From Bacteroidales bacterium (GTDB lineage: Bacteria; Bacteroidota; Bacteroidia; Bacteroidales; CAIWKO01): a DNA stretch of 64,000 nucleotides. The position numbers and the translations under genes were made by a program. How positions within the stretch are numbered: position 1 is the stretch's first letter; each line of letters starts with the position of its first letter. Where the stretch lies: contig DAOORA010000002.1 in NCBI GenBank assembly GCA_035389045.1, positions 14,957 through 78,956 of the forward strand. Reading direction: 5' to 3'. Under the pieces are notes generated by a model, which saw only the letters and a list, made by a program, of their open reading frames with translations, did not search any database and was not told where the DNA came from. Shown here one piece after another: positions 1 through 7,359 of the stretch.

Positions 1-1297
1 AGCCATCAAATCCATTTACGTTGTCTTGCCCTGGATTGCCATAAACGATCTTTTTTTGAATGTCTAATGAAAAACCATTTTTTCTATTATTTCTGTTAAT
101 TGTTTTTTTATCAATCCCATTACTATTTGGCATATTCCAATCATCAATAGGTAATTCCCAGTACAATGAATTTTTGCCAGGTCTGGCTTTTAAGACAATT
201 TCTTTTAATTTACCTACATTTCCCCCATTGATAAATTGCATTTCAGTGGAAATTTCAATTCCACCACTGACCTGAATCAGACTCGTTTTCCCATCGCTCC
301 GATCTATAATTGCACATTGTTTCAGCAAGTCATAGTTTTTTTTAGTCTCAACCGTTTTAATCTTATAATTTTGAAGAATGTAATTCATATCCAAAATATC
401 TTTTATATTTTTTATTCCATTTGCAATTGCGACCATATCAAAGAGGAGCTTTAATCTTCTGACAGGTTCATATACCTCGGCAATTTTGTAAAAGCCATCA
501 GTAAACATTTTTGCAAATTGATTTTCAGCGGAACTCTTATCATAAATATTCTGTTTATTTGAAGTAAGTGTAGTGTCAATCTCAACGCAGATATCCATAA
601 GCATAATGCAGTAAACATCCCCCTGTGTCCTGACTCTGCATGGTGTCCGGTAATTAAACATAAATCTTGACTGACTGGTCTTTTCAGCATCAGTTTCCAT
701 CCCCATAAAATTATTCAATGAATCGGGATTTGTCCAGTGAATATTTATTGCTTTGATGCCCTTTTTTTCCAGATCATTGACCTCCGTTTTAACCAACAAT
801 TCTCTGAATGAAACTATGCTCGCTATTTGTTTTTCTAACTCCAAACTATATTTTTTAAGTATAATATCGCTTGAAAGCATATCATTACCGAAAGAGGTAT
901 TTTCAATATGACCTCCGAATCTAACATCCTGGATTCCTGTTATTATTGTATTTGCAGTGGGATCAATGCTAACCATTGGAAGTTCATCATATATTAGCCG
1001 AGATCTTAAAGCAACAACAAAGTCGTCAAAACGAGCTTCAGGCAATTGTTTTAAATGTTGACCAATAAGAATTATGTCGTTATTTTGTTTGTCAGCAACC
1101 ATGCCTGCCAGGCGGGTAATACCTCCCAAATTAAATAGTTCAGGGCATGAGTTGTTACTTTTTAAGAGTTCCTGTGCCTGATTGAGAGAAAAAGCAATAA
1201 AACTGCCGTCAGCCATTTCTTTATTTTTTCTTCCGCATGAAAAAAGAAACAGGCAGCTAATACATAATATCAAAATAAAAAAACTATTTCGAATCAT
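1..1297 (-). CDS. Lipoprotein of unknown function, 3'-truncated by the window edge; paralog of 2864..4246
   Basis: Absent from the ORF track because it runs off the window. Manual minus-strand translation from the ATG at ~1295-1297 gives MIRNSFFILILCISCLFLFSCGRKNKEMADGSF... (signal peptide plus lipobox-like Cys) and stays open to position 1. It shares the blocks NNDIIL(I/L)G, SRF(M/W)F, (S/C)GG(I/V)(E/D)(I/M)S and KE(I/F)VL..RP with the 460-aa ORF at 2864..4246. Confidence 0.6.
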   Translation of the reverse strand, partial: MIRNSFFILILCISCLFLFSCGRKNKEMADGSFIAFSLNQAQELLKSNNSCPELFNLGGITRLAGMVADKQNNDIILIGQHLKQLPEARFDDFVVALRSRLIYDELPMVSIDPTANTIITGIQDVRFGGHIENTSFGNDMLSSDIILKKYSLELEKQIASIVSFRELLVKTEVNDLEKKGIKAINIHWTNPDSLNNFMGMETDAEKTSQSRFMFNYRTPCRVRTQGDVYCIMLMDICVEIDTTLTSNKQNIYDKSSAENQFAKMFTDGFYKIAEVYEPVRRLKLLFDMVAIANGIKNIKDILDMNYILQNYKIKTVETKKNYDLLKQCAIIDRSDGKTSLIQVSGGIEISTEMQFINGGNVGKLKEIVLKARPGKNSLYWELPIDDWNMPNSNGIDKKTINRNNRKNGFSLDIQKKIVYGNPGQDNVNGFDG

Positions 1298-2804
1298 AAC
1301 CCACGCCGTTTAAACATTTCAAAGGATATGGCCCTTTTATACTATCATTATAAATTCTGCGCACATCTGCTAATGCACCTCCTGGAGTATAGTCAATCCC
1401 TCGTTTTTCCAGTGCAATTTCGTTATGTTTTGTTGCGTTGTCTAAATGTCTATTCCACAAGCCACTCAGAACCGGTCCTATATATGGAATCTGTTCGACA
1501 ATATCTGCACCAGGCCTATAAAGATAATCCATCCTGGCCTCTCCTTGCTTTATTTGAGATGTACTTAGACCATCCCTGTATTTTTGAGGGTCCATTAATC
1601 CCCTATCCCAAGTTAACTGAGTACCTGGGACTCTATTTTCATAAGGCAATATTAACCCATAATAAACTCTTTCAAGTAAAATACGATTGAATATTTGACT
1701 CCTTTCAAAATCTGTTTTGCCCGACAAAATTGATTTGTTTTTTATTTCTCTTATTTGAAGCTCCGGAATAATAATAATAATGTTTTTTATTTCACTAAAT
1801 AAGTCTTCTTTTTTCAAAATATCATTTAATTTGGAAATTATTTCAACATCAAGCATTTCAGGCAATTCGGATTTCAATAAAAACCTAAAAATATCATTCG
1901 TGTCATTAATTGATCGCTGTCTTAAAGCGTACCAATCAATAAAATCGGAAAAACGAAAAAGTGGCGATTTTATCAAGCTGGGACTTATCTTATTCTCAAG
2001 CATCATTATCATCGTCCTGATATTTTCATTAATTAATGGGATGTTGGAAATAGCAGAAGCTGAAGAAAAATATTTCATGATTGAATCCAAATCATTTGTA
2101 TTATTGGTATCTCTATTAAAATAGAAGAACATTGAACAAGCCTTCCCATTTAATGCGATTGCGCTACCAGGAGAATTCATAAACGCGGTATCGAAGTTAA
2201 CGAAAGCTGTTTCCGGTCCTTTGGTATTATAAAATAGAGTTCCACGACTGATATAAAATTCAGCTATTTGTGGATTTAATTTGCAAGCCCTATTAAAATC
2301 CTGTAATGCATGACCCGTGTCACCTATTAGCTCATAAATAAGCCCCCTTGCATTAAATGGTAATGCAAAGTCTTTTTCCATGGTTATAGCGTCATTAAAG
2401 CATTCTAAGGCATTTTCATGTTGCCCGTTTCGGGCATACGCATCTCCTTTTAAATAAATTGCAATTGCTTCTTCCGAGAAACGTTTCCCAAAATCTTCTG
2501 TCCATTTTTGCCACTCCTTTCGTGCCACACTATCATTATTTATAGACCTTAATAAAAAAAACGCCTCATTGTTTTTATTCAGCATAATAGCAGCATGTCC
2601 CATTAATGCAGCTGTTTCAGGTTTTTTCAGAAGCGAATCGTTTTTGAAACAGTCATCGTAAACGGTCTGCCAGTCATGTTTTAAAAGAGCTGCCTCGATA
2701 GTATTCCCGGGTTTATTCCGGCATGATATAAAAATCATCCCAAACAACAAGAGAAAACAGATAAAGACATGAGTTCCTGATGATCCTAAAATTTTTCTTA
2801 ACAT
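1284..2804 (-). CDS. TPR-repeat lipoprotein with a C-terminal domain of unknown function
   Basis: 506-aa ORF. The N-terminus ...FICFLLLFGMIFISCRNK looks like a signal peptide with a lipobox Cys. Central TPR-like repeats are present (AIAIYLKGDAYARNGQHENALECFNDAI; ARGLIYELIGDTGHALQDFNRACKLNP). The stop overlaps the start of the downstream lipoprotein gene by ~14 nt. Confidence 0.6.
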   Translation of the reverse strand: MLRKILGSSGTHVFICFLLLFGMIFISCRNKPGNTIEAALLKHDWQTVYDDCFKNDSLLKKPETAALMGHAAIMLNKNNEAFFLLRSINNDSVARKEWQKWTEDFGKRFSEEAIAIYLKGDAYARNGQHENALECFNDAITMEKDFALPFNARGLIYELIGDTGHALQDFNRACKLNPQIAEFYISRGTLFYNTKGPETAFVNFDTAFMNSPGSAIALNGKACSMFFYFNRDTNNTNDLDSIMKYFSSASAISNIPLINENIRTMIMMLENKISPSLIKSPLFRFSDFIDWYALRQRSINDTNDIFRFLLKSELPEMLDVEIISKLNDILKKEDLFSEIKNIIIIIPELQIREIKNKSILSGKTDFERSQIFNRILLERVYYGLILPYENRVPGTQLTWDRGLMDPQKYRDGLSTSQIKQGEARMDYLYRPGADIVEQIPYIGPVLSGLWNRHLDNATKHNEIALEKRGIDYTPGGALADVRRIYNDSIKGPYPLKCLNGVGYDSK

Positions 2805-2863
2805 GGTTTTATAATTTTTTTAATTAATAATACCTTAATAATTGTGTTTATAGATAATATGCG

Positions 2864-4246
2864 TCACGCTGCTTCACTCTGCATTGAATAATCGTTAACT
2901 TTAAAAGGGAAAATCAGCAGGGATGTTTTTCTTCGGTCTTTTTTAATTTTCTTGGGGGGTGGTGGAGGTGAAGACATATTTACCCTCCAGATAATTATGT
3001 TATCCACAGGCCTTAATCCCAGAACAAACTCTTTGCAATAATTTAACTTGCCGGATTTTGAAAAAAGGTTGCTGCTGGCAACATTCACCGACATATCTAC
3101 CCCGCCGCATACAAGATAAGAATTCTGCAGTGTCGTTGTGGTATAACCATTCTGACGAACCCGTTGCGTCAAGTGATAATTTACAAGTCCCGGCAAAGCC
3201 TCTGGTAATCTACGTTTTGTATTTACATATAATTTAGTTCTGAGGTTTAAATCAAAACCTGATTCCTGGAACGCGCCTTTAAATTCCATAGCACGAAAGC
3301 ACGCTTGCAGACGATAAAGATTTTCAAGTTCAGCAAACCAAAAGATTTCATTTGATAATTCAACATATTTCAAACTCATAATTTCAGCGAAAGCCTCTGC
3401 TATAGGATCTTCTTCAAATTCATTATCGCTAAGGTTTCCATCTGCATCAGCTTGCTGCTTTTCTGTGAGAACCACAACCGGACACTCATTGATAATACAG
3501 ATGCCGTCGCTCTCTGTAAAATTGGGATAATAGGAGCATTTGTTATTTTCTTTAATATGAAACCAAAACCTTGACATTGTTGATGAGGGAAGAGACCTGT
3601 TACAACTGTCGGCAATAGATAAATCAATTAATGATGGAATACCTTTCACTTTTATTTTTCCCTGAGAAATTTTTTTCATTTCATAATCAGCATAAATCAT
3701 GACCTCAGCATGATTGGTATTCATCCCCACACCGCGTACAACAACTTTTTGTCCACCCACAGCATTTTCAAGGTCTGATTTGGTTTTTTCATAGTTATAG
3801 GATGGCGCATTTAAAATGTTTTCTACTTTCTTAATATTTTCAGGATACGGGTCCAGACTACAGTATGGAGCAATAACGCTATCCATCACATTCTGAAAAT
3901 TAACAAACAAATCAGATATATTGTATGCCGGACGCCCAGGAATACTCCTCCCTAAAAGAATAATATCATTATTCTCTTTATCAATTACATACCCCTCGAG
4001 CCAGGACATGCCGTACATGGTGTCGATTTCTGACAAAGCAGTATCATTATTAAGTATTTTATCAGTTTTTGTTTGCATAATTCCGGCCAGCGAAATGCAA
4101 ATGTGTTCGCCTTTCATGTACAATGGGGCTTCGGGTGATATCCTGTGCCTGCATCCCGGGAATAATAAAAATACCAGGCCGGTTAATAATAGTATTTTCA
4201 AGAAAACATGAACTATTTTGCAAATACGAAATACTGGTTGTTTCAT
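2864..4246 (-). CDS. Lipoprotein of unknown function, paralog of 1..1297
   Basis: 460-aa ORF with an N-terminal hydrophobic segment ending LLFPGC (lipobox-like). Conserved blocks are shared with the edge-truncated gene at 1..1297. The C-terminal tail is Pro/Lys-rich (SSPPPPPKKIKKDRRK). Confidence 0.6.
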   Translation of the reverse strand: MKQPVFRICKIVHVFLKILLLTGLVFLLFPGCRHRISPEAPLYMKGEHICISLAGIMQTKTDKILNNDTALSEIDTMYGMSWLEGYVIDKENNDIILLGRSIPGRPAYNISDLFVNFQNVMDSVIAPYCSLDPYPENIKKVENILNAPSYNYEKTKSDLENAVGGQKVVVRGVGMNTNHAEVMIYADYEMKKISQGKIKVKGIPSLIDLSIADSCNRSLPSSTMSRFWFHIKENNKCSYYPNFTESDGICIINECPVVVLTEKQQADADGNLSDNEFEEDPIAEAFAEIMSLKYVELSNEIFWFAELENLYRLQACFRAMEFKGAFQESGFDLNLRTKLYVNTKRRLPEALPGLVNYHLTQRVRQNGYTTTTLQNSYLVCGGVDMSVNVASSNLFSKSGKLNYCKEFVLGLRPVDNIIIWRVNMSSPPPPPKKIKKDRRKTSLLIFPFKVNDYSMQSEAA

Positions 4247-4451
4247 CTGTTAAATAATTTTGTTTTTTTGATACTTCTTAAAGAGGATCTTTTGTCATTT
4301 TAAGTGCCAGAATTTTGGTTTAAAGTTAATACAATATTTTAAAAATAAAGAAATAAATTAACTGTTTTTTTAATTTTCAACTCATAAAATAATATGCGGA
4401 CAGCGCACTGAATGAATCTTTTTAATATAACATGAATTTGTACAAATTGAA

Positions 4452-5225
4452 TTAATTAGTACCACCAGCGCCACCATTATCAATATTGAGATCACTGATA
4501 AAATCATGATATTCTTTTGAATACAAAATCAAGTTGTCAATTTTTGAAATAAAGAGCTGATGCACCTTAATAGCAGCAATTATGTTGGGAGTAAGCCCCT
4601 CCCTTTTAGTTTTCGAAAGAAGCAAACTTTCTATTTCTGTGGTACACCAAATCTTTCCGGAAATACGGTGAGAAGAATTCATATATGTGAGATTACCGAT
4701 ATCTCTTCCGATAAGGCTGGCGCCAACCAGTCCCAGGTACTCCCTGATAAGTTTATAATCATCACTTTTCACAAAGGGGCGGCTCTCCCCAAAAGCGCCT
4801 AAAGCGGCACAATAATTCTCGGATATCAAGAATTTCTCTATACATTCTGCCCAAAAAACCTCACTTTCGGGAACTAAACGTTTACATTGCTGAATTGACA
4901 TTTCGGATTCTGCCATATATTGATCCTTTTTTTCCAGCGACAAGGTGTGGTCTTCGCATACCCAATTGGTTAATAATGCAGACTTCATCCAATATAGACA
5001 CCCGTCCATTGGATTTAATTCGAGACATTTATTGATGTCATCGAGGGCCTGAAGAAATTTTTTTTGAAACCGGTAGCTAAGGCATCGTGCAGAAAAAAAC
5101 TCCCATCTTGGTTCTATATCGATTAACAAAGTATAGCGTTTTTCTGCTTCGTAGAATTGTCCGGAATCCTGCAGTCTTTGGGCATCAAGCCAAAGCTCAT
5201 ACAATACAAAATTATTTTTTTTCAT
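4452..5225 (-). CDS. TPR-like helical-repeat protein
   Basis: ORF 4452..5276. I prefer the internal Met (MKKNNFVLYELW...) at 5225, which lies 1 nt beyond the stop of the upstream Hsp70-like gene, over the track start, which overlaps that gene by 50 nt. TPR-like segments: SGQFYEAEKRYTLLIDIEP and FLQALDDINKCLELNP. Confidence 0.5.
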   Translation of the reverse strand: MKKNNFVLYELWLDAQRLQDSGQFYEAEKRYTLLIDIEPRWEFFSARCLSYRFQKKFLQALDDINKCLELNPMDGCLYWMKSALLTNWVCEDHTLSLEKKDQYMAESEMSIQQCKRLVPESEVFWAECIEKFLISENYCAALGAFGESRPFVKSDDYKLIREYLGLVGASLIGRDIGNLTYMNSSHRISGKIWCTTEIESLLLSKTKREGLTPNIIAAIKVHQLFISKIDNLILYSKEYHDFISDLNIDNGGAGGTN

Positions 5226-5226
5226 A

Positions 5227-7200
5227 TTATTTGTTTTTAATGGTTTTGTATTTAAAAATACGTTGTTCAAACTCATTCACTAAAAGCTCTGCATATCTCT
5301 GTTCCTCTAAAGACAAAAAGCCGTGATAGGATGCATTATGGAGTAAACAACAGAACAAATTAAAAATAAGAGTGGGATCTGTTTCATCATCGTTTATTTG
5401 CTTTCTCAGCTTTTGCAGGTATTTAACCAGGACTTCAGGAGCCCTGGAATTTCCGATATTCCTTTCTATTACATCCATAATTTCATCAATTTTTGAAATA
5501 AATTCGTTGATATCGTTCGCAGAAGGAGGAACAGCAACGGTTACATGGTCATTCAAGAATTCCGGGTATTTGTTAATAACGGGATAAGTGACGACAATAT
5601 CGTTTGCGGAATCGTTTTTGAAACCTTCGAATTGAAATACTTCCGAAGAATCATAAGCATCCCAGATACGTGTTATGAGTTCTTTGTTAGCATTAATTTC
5701 CATTGTCAGACATATTTCGCTGAACGGAAACTGACTGCGAAACTTAAATACCCCCATAAAATGAAACGATTTTATGTTTTGGGAATCAGTTGATACCTGG
5801 AGAATTTTAAAATTATATCCCGAACCAATGCAACTCCAGGGGATGCTGTATACTTCAGACGTGTAGGGGTATACACTGTGTTCAGGTATAAGAACCTTTG
5901 CGAACCGTTCTACTGTGTTTTCATTAATAAAATTAATACCTTCTATACCGAACCCGAATTCCTGTCTGTCGGATGTACGGTTGAACCCTGATAGTGCAGC
6001 TCCTATTCCGATAGCAGTCATCCTGTTGATCTGTGAATCATGCTTATTATTTTGCATATAGAAGGCCTTTATTTGTCTTACTATTTTGGGGTTACTTCCG
6101 AAAAATTCTAAAAACATTTCCGAGAAAACCGGGCTGATCATTGGGCCGCCAACAATCAGCAGGCGGTCAATATCACTAATTTTCAGGCCGGCGCCTTCTA
6201 TGGTATATTTCATTAAATCGTAACACTCATCGGTAATTGTTTTCAGTGCGGTTTTCAGGTCGTTTCCTGTGATTACCAGAATGTCGTTTTTGGAGTCCAC
6301 AATGTCCCCGAGCAAAACATTTACCCTTTCTGAAAAAGAGAGTTCTATTTTAGCTTGTTCTGCTCTTTGTCTGATAGTAGATAAAACCTGCAACGGCAAA
6401 CCGGTCATATTCACTCCTGCTCTTTGACAAATCAGCTGAGTGAGGCACTCGGTAATTTCCATTCCCCCGATTCTTGCCCCGATGTTTCGCCGAGCTTCAT
6501 AGACACATTCATCTTCATCTTTTTTCATTTCAATGGAGCCAACACTAATATCTGTCGTTCCACATCCCATGTCGAAAAGCATTGTTGTAATCTTTGCCTC
6601 TCCAATATTTGCTCCATAAGCCAGTGCAGCAGCTACCGGCTCGCTTATTGTTTTGATTTTATCTTTTTTAAAGCCAGCCATGATCGCAGCATCAATTATC
6701 TCTGAAACTATAACAGGCGTATAGTATGCGGGAACTGAAAATATGACCTCGTCATAGTCTTCATCCCCGATCCCATTTTGTTCTATATCATACTTTAATT
6801 GTCTGAAAATTTCAGCAATTAGCTGATTGGGTGTGAATTCATGTCTCCCCTCATTGAATGTCAGCAGTACTTTTCCATTTTCAGTATCAGGGAAGACTGC
6901 AAAACCAAACCTTTCGAGGAACTGCCCCAGAGAATTATAGGTCATACCAATAATACGTTTGAGACCCCAGGCAACATTTTGGGAGTGTGTTGCCAAAAGT
7001 TGTTTGGCGGCTGACCCAACAAATTCAACTGATCCTTCATTGTTGACAAATACAAATGAAGGCATTTCCTTTTTCCCTTCATGGCTGTCAGCATCAAAAC
7101 TATTTCCAGGTGCATGTTTAATGAACCTGATTTCATTGCCATCCGAAAATACTGCTAATGAATTGTGTGTCCCGAAATCTATTCCTATTACTTTTTTCAT
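5227..7200 (-). CDS. Hsp70-family (DnaK/HscC-like) ATPase, non-canonical
   Basis: 657 aa. Actin-fold nucleotide-binding motifs are readable: VIGIDFGTHNS (phosphate 1), FDMGCGTTDISV (phosphate 2), LLIVGGPMISP (adenosine). A beta-rich segment resembling a substrate-binding domain and a helical tail follow. No J-domain (HPD) partner is visible nearby. Confidence 0.8.
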   Translation of the reverse strand: MKKVIGIDFGTHNSLAVFSDGNEIRFIKHAPGNSFDADSHEGKKEMPSFVFVNNEGSVEFVGSAAKQLLATHSQNVAWGLKRIIGMTYNSLGQFLERFGFAVFPDTENGKVLLTFNEGRHEFTPNQLIAEIFRQLKYDIEQNGIGDEDYDEVIFSVPAYYTPVIVSEIIDAAIMAGFKKDKIKTISEPVAAALAYGANIGEAKITTMLFDMGCGTTDISVGSIEMKKDEDECVYEARRNIGARIGGMEITECLTQLICQRAGVNMTGLPLQVLSTIRQRAEQAKIELSFSERVNVLLGDIVDSKNDILVITGNDLKTALKTITDECYDLMKYTIEGAGLKISDIDRLLIVGGPMISPVFSEMFLEFFGSNPKIVRQIKAFYMQNNKHDSQINRMTAIGIGAALSGFNRTSDRQEFGFGIEGINFINENTVERFAKVLIPEHSVYPYTSEVYSIPWSCIGSGYNFKILQVSTDSQNIKSFHFMGVFKFRSQFPFSEICLTMEINANKELITRIWDAYDSSEVFQFEGFKNDSANDIVVTYPVINKYPEFLNDHVTVAVPPSANDINEFISKIDEIMDVIERNIGNSRAPEVLVKYLQKLRKQINDDETDPTLIFNLFCCLLHNASYHGFLSLEEQRYAELLVNEFEQRIFKYKTIKNK

Positions 7201-7359
7201 AAGTTTGTTTTTTGGGGGTTAATAATTATGTACCTTCATGTTCAAATTTTTATTACGATTCATTTTTTTGCATTTTTGTTTATCGTCTATACCCATTTAA
7301 ACTGAATAATCTGTAAAAATTCACAAAAAGTAAAAAAATTTTAAAAAAAATAAAACCAG

